From positions 384,884 to 448,883 of the forward strand of contig CDRNVI010000056.1 in assembly GCA_977017575.1 (NCBI GenBank): a stretch of DNA of 64,000 bases, in the 5' to 3' direction. A program made the position numbers and the translations under genes. The notes beneath the pieces were generated by a model. The model worked only from the letters and a program-made list of their open reading frames with translations, ran no database searches and was not told the DNA's origin. The DNA comes from Paramoeba atlantica (taxonomy: Eukaryota > Protista > Discosea). Numbering within the stretch: the first letter of the stretch is position 1; each line of letters starts with the position of its first letter. Shown piece by piece: positions 1 through 9,069 of this stretch.

Positions 1-5
1 CGTTT

Positions 6-1856
6 TTGAGGAATAAAGAGACGTCTGGAGTGCACGCTTCTTGGAGCGGTTCCCATTCTTCGCAGCCTTCTTCTTCTTCTTCTTCTTGTGAAAGGGGAAA
101 AGGGATTTCAATGCATGAAAAGGATCATGTTTTGGTTTTTTCCTATCAAGAGGTCCAAGAGGATTGTAGGATTAATAACCCTAAGGGGAGTGAAACAATT
201 TCGTATACTCAAGAAGGGGAGAGCAAGAAGGAAAAGAGGGATTTTCAAGAATGGAAGAGCAAGAATGAAAGTGTGGATTTTCTAGAACGCAAGTTCGAAA
301 ATGAAAATAGACATTTTCAAGAAAAAGAACATTTTAACATTCAAAACGCGGAATCTCATGCTGCAGACAATAACCCTCTACCCCCAAAGCTCTCCAAAAC
401 CATCGCTTTATGTTCTCCACAATCCCACAACGCTACGGTTGTAAAAGACGAGGCTAATAGGCCAATTACCTGCTCTCCCTGCACGCCTTTTCATTCTGTA
501 AAGAAGGCATCGAATGTCGTAAAAAATTCAAAACACAACTCTTCTCTCCTTTCCTTCACCTCTCACGCCCCTGATCTTTTTCAAAAAATCCATCGCCTTT
601 TTGGTTGGGACTTGGAGGAAATTTGCACTCAACTTTTTCACCCGATTTGGGAAAACACAAAAACACCGGGAAAATCAAAAGCTCGGATTTATTACGCTGG
701 GGCGCACTGGGTAGTAAAAACGGTGACTGAAAACGAGCAGAGCTTTCTGTGTCGCTTGTTACCACATTATGTACGTTATGTCGAGGCTCATCCGAATACA
801 AGGCTTCCGATATTCGTTGGGCATTTTTCGGTGAGTTATGATGCAAGTCTTACGAAACATGAAAACGCAAAGTCATTTTTTGGAAGCTTATTCGATAAGA
901 AACTGTGTTGTAATTCATCTTGTAGAACAACACGAACCGCGCATGTTGTGGTCATGCGAACGGTTTTTGAATCCAGTCTTCCGCTCTCCTGTGTGTATGA
1001 TTTAAAAGGAAGTACAACCGGTCGAAGCTATGGGGTACGGAAAGACAAAGATGTGGGGATAAAAAAAGAGAGCCACAAAAACTCTCTTTTTGTAACGGAG
1101 AATACGAGAATCGGATTATCTCCGTCTCATGCCTCTCTTTCTCTTTCTTCCGCTACAGATCTGAACGAAAAAGAATTTTTTCGTAAACCTCGAGATGCAT
1201 CAACTCTTGCAGCCCTTCCTTCTTTTTCTGCGCAATCTTTTAAAAAACCTTTCTTTCTAGACGCCCAACTTGCTTCTTCTTCTTTGCCCTCTCCTCCCAT
1301 GTTTTACGATTCCGATCTTCTACCCACCATGAAAGTTCATTTAGCTCTCGAAGACAGTGAGCTTGTGATCTCGCAAATCCAAAAGGACTGCAATTTTCTG
1401 CAATCGTTTTCGGTCATGGATTACAGTCTTCTGTTGGGCGTCAGTCGAATTTTCGATACTCATTCACATTCTTCTTCACAGAAAACAGAGACTGGACCTA
1501 AAGAGTTATCGAAAGGAGAAAATTCTGTTTTGGATAGCACAAAGCGCAGGGCTTCAACCTCCTTTCGAAATTTACGCAATGGCATGAGGGAAAGCGATGT
1601 GAATTCTGCTTTGTCTCATGCCATGATCAATGGAATTTGCTCCCCTCCACTTCGCTCCAGTGAGGGACATCTCTATTATGAGATCTACTTTTTTCGAATG
1701 ATTGATGTTTTACAACAATATACCCTTCGAAAAAAGTTGGAGCATTTCTTTAGAGGAATGTGCTATGGGTTTCATTCCATCAGTGCAGTTCCGCCGGCCG
1801 CGTACGCGAAACGTTTTCAGAAATTAATGAAGCGTACTTTTGCGTGCCAAACGTGA
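6..1856 (+). CDS. Phosphatidylinositol-phosphate kinase (PIP5K family), intronless; 5' end may lie outside the window (first ATG at 111)
   Basis: PIPK motifs in order: FTSHAPDLFQKIHRLFG, GKS, VVKTV (catalytic Lys), VYDLKGS, MDYSLLLGV, IDVLQQY, ISAVPPAAYAKRF. Frame is open to the window edge. Confidence 0.9.
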   Translation: MRNKETSGVHASWSGSHSSQPSSSSSSCERGKGISMHEKDHVLVFSYQEVQEDCRINNPKGSETISYTQEGESKKEKRDFQEWKSKNESVDFLERKFENENRHFQEKEHFNIQNAESHAADNNPLPPKLSKTIALCSPQSHNATVVKDEANRPITCSPCTPFHSVKKASNVVKNSKHNSSLLSFTSHAPDLFQKIHRLFGWDLEEICTQLFHPIWENTKTPGKSKARIYYAGAHWVVKTVTENEQSFLCRLLPHYVRYVEAHPNTRLPIFVGHFSVSYDASLTKHENAKSFFGSLFDKKLCCNSSCRTTRTAHVVVMRTVFESSLPLSCVYDLKGSTTGRSYGVRKDKDVGIKKESHKNSLFVTENTRIGLSPSHASLSLSSATDLNEKEFFRKPRDASTLAALPSFSAQSFKKPFFLDAQLASSSLPSPPMFYDSDLLPTMKVHLALEDSELVISQIQKDCNFLQSFSVMDYSLLLGVSRIFDTHSHSSSQKTETGPKELSKGENSVLDSTKRRASTSFRNLRNGMRESDVNSALSHAMINGICSPPLRSSEGHLYYEIYFFRMIDVLQQYTLRKKLEHFFRGMCYGFHSISAVPPAAYAKRFQKLMKRTFACQT

Positions 1857-2065
1857 ATTTCACAGATAAACTGTTTATCTAATCTAGATGTATGTTCTCC
1901 AGACTGGAAAATACATGTACAACGCCGACTCTTTTTACATTTCGTATCCGCTTCTTTTCTCTTTCACTTTTGAAAACAAAATACATAACCCTTGTGGTAT
2001 TTCTGGCCTATTTCAATCTTTGTCAAACAGAATTTCGTTTTCTTATTTCTCCATTCGATAGTTAC

Positions 2066-2806
2066 ATGATGGGTTTGGCGTTTCGTTCTTTCTGTGAAGC
2101 ATTGGATGACTTAAAGCCCAATAGACTCGAAAGCCGACTAGGTAAGGTGCGAGGCCATTTACCACAAGAATACGAACTCGCACGATTTGTTGAAAATGTT
2201 GCAAACCCTAAACCTTCATGGCATTCGGCTACCCCTGCGTGTGATTGGGAAGGTGTGTACTGTGATTCGAATTTACAAGTAATGGATATTCGTTGGAGTT
2301 ATAAAAAAATTGCAGGACCATTTCAATGGGACTATCTGTGCCGCACGGTTCTTACCTTTATCTCGCGTGAAAACGATCTTTCAGGGGCTTTGGATTTCTC
2401 TAATTTGCCCTTTACAATGACGAGACTTCAATTGACAGACAACAACTTTGAGGGATGTGTGGATCTAACTCATTTGCCTTCAACTTTGACACTTTTGTTT
2501 TTGAGTCACAATCTTTTTTCTGGGGAGATTGACCTCACACGTTTACCCTCCACCATGGAACATTTGAGTGTCTCGAACAATCGTTTTACGGGCCCTCTTG
2601 ACTTACAACATTTGCCTCCATCTCTCAAGTCTCTCCAGTGTGATTTTAATGATTTCAGCGGCCGAGTAATGTTTGATTCTCTTCCTGTAGGCTTGCACCA
2701 TCTGACTTTGGGACATAATTCTAATCTTCGTGGTGATGGTTCAAAGATCCCGGTCCTCCCTATGGGTGTGGATGTGTCCAGTACAAAGATATCCATGAAA
2801 CATTAA
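2066..2806 (+). CDS. LRR protein paralog 1 (ORF track starts at 1892; ATG 2066 preferred)
   Basis: N-cap GKVRGHLPQEY...TPACDWEGVYC, then 23-aa repeats such as LTLLFLSHNLFSGEIDLTRLPST. ATG 2066 aligns with the paralog starts and follows a pyrimidine tract plus AG. Confidence 0.85.
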   Translation: MMGLAFRSFCEALDDLKPNRLESRLGKVRGHLPQEYELARFVENVANPKPSWHSATPACDWEGVYCDSNLQVMDIRWSYKKIAGPFQWDYLCRTVLTFISRENDLSGALDFSNLPFTMTRLQLTDNNFEGCVDLTHLPSTLTLLFLSHNLFSGEIDLTRLPSTMEHLSVSNNRFTGPLDLQHLPPSLKSLQCDFNDFSGRVMFDSLPVGLHHLTLGHNSNLRGDGSKIPVLPMGVDVSSTKISMKH

Positions 2807-3027
2807 CAGGTACTTAAGCGCTGAATCCAAAAAGCATACAAAAGATAACGTTACATTTGACAAGTGCTCTTTTAAGCTCTTAAAGAACTTTTTCTCCACT
2901 TGTCTTTGTAAACATTTTTATCATCTTTTACCGTAATATTCGTACATCGCAATATTTAAACATTGTAATATTTATACTTTTTTTAGCGTTTCACTTCTAT
3001 TCTCTTACTGATTTCAATTCTGCCTTC

Positions 3028-3888
3028 ATGATCTTTCCATCATGCCGGCGTTATGATGCTGTCGAGGATTCACATCCTCCTAGGCAACACAATCACATCG
3101 GTAAGATACGGGGCTCCACCTTACCACAGGAATATGACCTCTCCCGTCTACTCCAAAATTTTGAAATTCTCCATCCCTCATGGAATACGCGAACACCTGC
3201 CTGTGAGTGGCAAGGCATCACTTGTGGAAGTGACTTTCCACACTTGTGTGTAAGTAACTCACAAGTAGCACAGATTTATTGGAATGAGATGAGTCTTCGA
3301 GGGTCTCTTCAATGGGATTATCTTCCCCTCTCTGTGCATTCTTTTCACATTGGAAATAACTGGATAACCGGTTCGGTCCCTTTTCACACGCTGCCTTCTC
3401 ATTTTACCTGTCTTCAGCTTTTAAACAATCAATTTACGGGTCCTGTCGACTTTGTCCGTCTTCCACAATCGCTACGAAATCTTTGTTTAAATTCTAATTT
3501 GTTTTACGGCGAAGCGGATTTGACACACTTGCCACCCGGTTTGGTCTCTCTGCAGTTCTCTTCGAATAAATTTTCTGGTACTCTTGATCTTTGCAGTTTG
3601 CCACATGGTCTCGCTCTTCTTGAGCTACGCGACAATGCGCTTTCCGGTCCTCTTGACCTTAGACAGTTGCCCTCCTCTCTTGAAACGTTGAATTGTGAGG
3701 CCAATCGTTTCTGTGGTTTGGTGCAGTTTGATAAACTGCCTAAACAATTGCTCTCCGTATATCTCAGTGAAAACACTGAACTTTGTGGTAAAGTGGACAC
3801 TTATCCAAGTTCTGGTTTCCCGTTCGTGTCCGTCAAAAACACAAACATACGCGAGACATTCAGAAACGCGACTTTTGAATTTTTCTGA
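3028..3888 (+). CDS. LRR protein paralog 2
   Basis: GKIRGSTLPQEY...TPACEWQGITC cap and 23-aa LxxLxLxxNxFxGxxDLxxLP repeats. Confidence 0.88.
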   Translation: MIFPSCRRYDAVEDSHPPRQHNHIGKIRGSTLPQEYDLSRLLQNFEILHPSWNTRTPACEWQGITCGSDFPHLCVSNSQVAQIYWNEMSLRGSLQWDYLPLSVHSFHIGNNWITGSVPFHTLPSHFTCLQLLNNQFTGPVDFVRLPQSLRNLCLNSNLFYGEADLTHLPPGLVSLQFSSNKFSGTLDLCSLPHGLALLELRDNALSGPLDLRQLPSSLETLNCEANRFCGLVQFDKLPKQLLSVYLSENTELCGKVDTYPSSGFPFVSVKNTNIRETFRNATFEFF

Positions 3889-4322
3889 TTTTCTCCCTTA
3901 GTTCACTTTCCTTTCACTAATCGACTAAAAAAAGGCAGCTGTAAGTTGGTACAGTATTTCCTGTTTTGGTTGGCATGAGTTTGCATGAATTAGCACAAGG
4001 CAGGCACACTGGATGGCACCGATTAACAGCACACTCTCCCTAGTTAAAACTAGTCCATAATTTTCCTGTACCCCCGTTTAGTATGTATTATGTACAGTCG
4101 CAGCTACTGATCTTGAAAACGCAGTGGAGTGCAAGTGTTTTTCCGATCGCATGGATATATTTTCCTTGTCCACTCTTTTTTTTCGAGGCTACCATTTTTT
4201 ATTTCACTCTATGATCACGGTTTACGCCCGTGTTGTCTTCCTGTTTTACACTTCGGATGCCCCAAAATCAGATGATTTAATTTGTAATCATTGATTACAA
4301 ACGAAGCCGCTCTCTTGCAGGT

Positions 4323-5090
4323 ATGGACAATACATCGCACAGTCGCCCCAGTAAAGTACGAGGAGCTCTTTTACCCTCTGAATACGAACTTACACGCTTT
4401 GTATCAAAGATAGAAAATCCGCATATTTCTTGGAGCGCATCGACTCCTGCATGCGAGTGGAAAGGAGTCACCTGTGTTGACTCTCGTATTCAAATAGTGG
4501 ATTGGGGACGTAGCGGTCTTAAGGGGTCTCTTCTCTTCGAGTGGATGCCCCGTGCATCCCGTTTCTTTTATTTATTTAACAATCAGGTTGGAGATTTTGT
4601 TAAACTTGACTCTTTACCACCTCAACTGACGTGTCTGGATCTTGATATCAATACATTCAGTGGTTCGATCGATCTGATTCACTTACCCTCCACCTTTCGT
4701 ACTCTTTCATTGCGTAATAATGCATTTGCAGGATCTGTTGATCTTAGTCACTTGCCACCGAATCTGGAGGAATTATATCTTAGCAACAACAATTTAAGTG
4801 GTAGAGTCGATCTCGATCGTTTGCCTCTGTGCATGATCTCTCTAGATTTGTCCCATAATCGATTCACCGGTTTCCTCTCGCTGGAAAAGCTTCCTCCTTT
4901 GCTTGAGTATGCCTTCTTTGATTGCAATTGTTTTTACGGTCTTGTTCAATTTGAAACCCTTCCTGTGACTTTAGAATCTTTGAGCATCAAAAGTAACTTG
5001 GAACTTGTTGGCGAAATCAAGAGGCACTCACTTCCCGACAAATTGACAAGTATTGACATCGAAGATACCCAAATAAGTTTAATTCCCTGA
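4323..5090 (+). CDS. LRR protein paralog 3
   Basis: SKVRGALLPSEY...TPACEWKGVTC cap and 23-aa LRRs. Confidence 0.88.
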   Translation: MDNTSHSRPSKVRGALLPSEYELTRFVSKIENPHISWSASTPACEWKGVTCVDSRIQIVDWGRSGLKGSLLFEWMPRASRFFYLFNNQVGDFVKLDSLPPQLTCLDLDINTFSGSIDLIHLPSTFRTLSLRNNAFAGSVDLSHLPPNLEELYLSNNNLSGRVDLDRLPLCMISLDLSHNRFTGFLSLEKLPPLLEYAFFDCNCFYGLVQFETLPVTLESLSIKSNLELVGEIKRHSLPDKLTSIDIEDTQISLIP

Positions 5091-5424
5091 ATAAACAAAA
5101 CAAAGGTCATTATTCTTTTTTTCTCCTCTTTGCTACTTTTTTCTCGTTATTTTTACCTTACCTACAATTCGGTTTAATATTCCTGTAGCCCGATAACATT
5201 CCGGAACAGGTCGTGATGTGCCCGGATTATTAATTCCGAACAAGTCTTACAAACGTACAACTCCGTGTTACACGGCTACTCATCATACACCCACCTTAAT
5301 GGGACGTATCTACGAACACGAACCACTATTTTTTATCAACAATATTTTATCAAATGCCTCCCTTCCGCTTTTCAGCAATAGGGCCCTTGAAATTGAGCCC
5401 CACCCCGATGATCTTGGAAAATAC

Positions 5425-5561
5425 GGTTGTCATGTTCGGAAACTTTCGCTCCGACTGCGCTGGATACGCATTTGCACTTAAACCCCGCGCACACAAGGCG
5501 ATACAACCAGTACTCTGGGGGCCCTAGTAGGTGAGACCTCCGGGAAACACCCTATGGCAGC
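5425..5561 (+). ncRNA. 5S rRNA-like sequence with insertions (divergent 5S, pseudogene, or 5S-derived promoter)
   Basis: GTTGTC/GGCAGC helix-I-like pairing, CTTAAAC A-box-like motif, CCAGTACT, GGTGAGACCTCCGGGAA C-box-like motif. About 135 nt; helix V does not pair. Confidence 0.35.
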
Positions 5562-7334
5562 GCTATCTCTCGTTCGACAGTGGGATTAGCCCACTTAGAC
5601 GTAAAAAATAAATTTTACCCGCGATTGGCCAAATACAGTGGTCGTCACTATTCTCAGAATCCGTAATTGAACATTGACAGGATTTTTTTATTCTCATTCT
5701 CAGTTTCGCGACCATTCTCATTTTCGCGTTGATTTTGCCGTTTTTGAACGTTGACAAGAAATAGAAAAAAATCGGAAAAAAAAATCTTTTTTTTTATTTC
5801 CATCTTTTTGTTCCTTGCTTATTAACGAATCCTCTAAATTATATTTTTCCACATGGTCGTAACGAACTATAGAAAGCTTGCAATCATGAAGAAGGTTCAG
5901 GTGATGCCTGATGACACTCTCCTGGAAAAAATTACTTCTGCTCGGTCCGAGCGCAAGGTCGAAACACCTGTATCGACCTTGTTTTGATGGTTTCAAACCG
6001 AAGAGCCATCCGTATGGCGGACCCTAGGAAAAATCACACGCGAGACCGGAGTGCTACGAATTCCTTGGAAGATGTAGTAGCCAGTTGAATGCAAAATCAA
6101 CACGAGTTCACCAAGAAGTCCCGAAAGCGCTTCATCATTAGTGCTACTGGTGATCGCTCTGGGGATAGTAGTCGTTCCAACGCTCTTGATTGTTGGATAC
6201 GTCGAATACTGAAAATAGTTCTCATGTAATGTACATAGAAAACATATTTACTCAATCTATATAATGTTGCCTATTTAATAACACCCGTGCATTCCTCTCT
6301 CATTCCACAACCCTCATAACAAATTCATATCGAAAAGTTGGATCCCTATTTACTCAGCATATCCTTTCACACACCTACCTCCACACATCCTATAACTTAC
6401 GACTGGGATATCAAAAGTTTCGCGTCGCACGTCCCGCCCGCGACGTCCTCGCCCGCGACCCCGTGCTGCATACGTCGAGACGGGAGGCTGGCGTATATAA
6501 TTCACATTTGGCTCACGCCGTCCTCTCCCGTACTCGATACTACGGCGCAACATGTTTCCAAGGCCGTCATTAGGATCTCGCGCATTTCGGTAGTGTACTC
6601 CCCTTATAATTGCGGTGGTTGTAAAACTACCGCTCTACCCTCGATTATTGAAAAAAAGGTGAACAAAAACAGTGAAAATAAAAAAGTAAATATAAAGAGT
6701 AACACAGTAATAAAGTAATAATAGAAGAAAAATTTATAAAAGGGGGCCCCGGTGGTCCAAAATTGAAAACACTGGGGGGTCTAGGGGTAGCCGGGGTCTT
6801 GGCGCGTATTTTCCACCCCCCTACCCGGGGGTGACCCCCCCCGCGTATCCGCAGGACGGGCCCGCCAAGTGCGGATTTTCTCAGAAAAAACATTTTGAAA
6901 AAAAAGTCAACTTGGCGAAAAAGATAGCAAAAAAAATATTTTTCCAAAATCGTTTCCCCTATTGTATTTTTATAGTTTGGGACTTATACTAGCTTTCTGC
7001 GCAGTTGTTTTCGCAGGCTATCTCTTCTTCGAGCCGTGGTATGCCCGCGAAAATGGCCCATTTTTGATTAAAAAAGGTGAAAAGGTATTTTTCGGACCCC
7101 AAGGGGCCTTTTTGTGTTGAAAGAATGGTGTGGTTGGAGTCGCATTCTCTACCCATTACGTTTGGTGGGCTTTCATTCATACCTGCAAGTGATTTCCCAT
7201 ACGCAAATGTCGGATTTAGTGCTCTGAGAGCAAAACTAGCTAAAATTGGCCCCATTTTTATCCGACAATCGGCTATTTTTGGCTATAATGTTTCCGTTTT
7301 CTTGAGCTTTCCAGGCCAAATTTTCTTTTTTAGG

Positions 7335-7418
7335 CTCTTCGTTAAACGCGGTGATAGTTTTCAACGCGAAGAGCGCAGCACGAGTGACTTCTAAGTTGAA
7401 AACAACCACCGCGTTTAA
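7335..7418 (+). repeat. Palindromic ~90-bp interspersed element, copy 1 (3' arm truncated)
   Basis: Near reverse complement of 10078-10168; internal inverted arms. Confidence 0.75.
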
Positions 7419-7717
7419 TTAATTTTTATAAATGGGTCATTTAGGGGCATTTATAAAAACCCAGATTGAAGGAGGCGAGGGAGATACGAAGCAACAGGCG
7501 TGGCAGATTCCCACTGAAAAGAAATGGTATATCCCTGCACGAAGTTTGCCTCCGAGCTAGCAAGCGCAAAGGCTTTTCTCGTGCGGGGAGATACCATTTC
7601 TTTTCAGTGGGAATCTGCCACGCCTGTTGCTTCGTATCTCCCTCGCCCCTTTCAATCTGGGTTATCTACAAGCTGGTCGCCCTTCCACAACATGGCCAGC
7701 TGGCTTGTGTGCAGATG

Positions 7718-8495
7718 GCCACTGCAGCTACATTGCATTACTGCAGTCACTTCCTCACGTGGCAGTGCACTTACTCTCGCACGTGCCACTGCAGCTACAC
7801 TACAGTCACTGACTCTCTCGCGCGCCACTGCATCTACACTGTGTTCACTGTCTCACGTGGAAGTAGGCTTACTCGCGCACGTGCCACTGCATCTACACTG
7901 CGTTCACTGCCTCACGTGGCAGTACTCTGTCACTTACCACTGTACTTACAGTGGTAGTGCACGTACTCTTGCACGTGCCACTGCAGCTGCAATGCATCAC
8001 TGCAGTCACTTCACGCGGCAGTGCAGCTGCATTGCATCAATACAGTCACTGCCTCACGTCGCAGTACACTTACTCTCTCACGTGCCACTGAAGCTACACT
8101 GCAGTCACTGACTCTCGCACGTGCCACTGCATCTACACTGCGTTCGCTTCCTCACGTGGCAGTAGACGTACTCGCGCACGTGCCACTGCAGCTACACTGC
8201 GTTCTCTGCCTTACGTGGCAGTACACTTACTCTCTCACGCGCCACTGCAGATCCACTGCATCAATACAGTCACTGCCTCACGTGGCAGTACACTTACTCT
8301 CTCAAGTGCCACTGCAGCTACACTGCATTACTGCAGGCACTTCCTCACGTGGCAGTGCACTTACTCTCGCACGTGCCACTGCAGCTACACTGCAGTCACT
8401 GCCTCTCTCACGCGCCACTGCGTCTACACTGTGTTCACTGCCTCACGTGGCAGTACACTTACTCTCTCAAGGGCACTGTATCTGCACACTACCAC
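7718..8495. repeat. GC-rich minisatellite, ~55-65-bp degenerate unit built of short palindromes
   Basis: Recurrent CTCACGTGGCAGT(A/G)CACTTACTCTC...CACGTGCCACTGCAGCTACACTGCAGTCACTG. Confidence 0.9.
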
Positions 8496-8667
8496 TCGGA
8501 CCTGCTCATTATTTTTCTCTCTATATATATACAAAATGCAAACCGTGTTTTTGGTGGCCAGCTGGCCACTTTTTCGAGAAAAAAAATTCTGAAAAAAAAA
8601 ATTTGTTCTGAATATGTTTTTTGCGATCTTGAGCAAATAATTTTTCTTGCGATTTTTTTAGTAAAAT

Positions 8668-8740
8668 GTCGATGTCGGGAATCGAACCGCGGACGTCCAG
8701 CGTCAAAATGGAACCCCTTTACCAACTGGACTACTCAAAG
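8668..8740 (-). pseudogene. tRNA-like Pol III unit with degenerate stems
   Basis: A box TAGTCCAGTTGG and B box GGTTCGATTCC at tRNA spacing (73 nt), followed by T4. Acceptor and T stems pair poorly. Confidence 0.65.
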
Positions 8741-9004
8741 GACGCTCCTTAATCAACCAGTTTGTCGTATCGCAGGCCTTTGCACACGCACCTTTTTTTG
8801 CCAAAGGTGTTCTAAAATTTGGGAAATAAGGTTGTTTTAGATGATTTTTAGAGTATTGAAGAGTTCATCTAATGACCTACTGCTCTGTTTCGGAATTTTG
8901 AAAAAACTCGATCTTATGCTTCTTTGATGATCTTTTTCAATTTTTGGAATTAACCTTAGTAAGCGAGTTAGATACTCCATATCTCCCTCAATATATTATT
9001 TATA

Positions 9005-9069
9005 CTGTGCCCCCCCCACTTATAGTGCCGCGGTTTTCGACCAAACGGCACTATAAGTGGGGGGGCTAG
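9005..9069. mobile_element. 65-bp hairpin MITE with pogo-like terminus
   Basis: Perfect 20-bp inverted repeat (9011-9030/9046-9065), flanked by TA on both sides. Left end TA-CTGTGCCCCCC is identical to the left end of the 13614-16387 element. Confidence 0.65.

Noticed and set aside
1139-1151. CTCTTTCTTCC as a telomerase template for the 10-bp repeat
   Set aside because: It lies inside Ser/Leu codons of the PIP5K CDS, and pyrimidine runs are common here.
1892-2065. Hydrophobic N-terminal extension (signal or TM) on LRR paralog 1
   Set aside because: It derives from a T-rich pyrimidine tract and is absent from the three paralogs; ATG 2066 is the more plausible start.
5940-6230. U3 snoRNA or RNase MRP identity for the structured region
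   Set aside because: Box order (C'/B/C/D) and P4 motifs are not satisfied; no terminal CTGA on the relevant strand.
7466-8611. Overlapping His/Cys/Thr-rich ORFs
   Set aside because: Products of the palindromic minisatellite, open in several frames at once.
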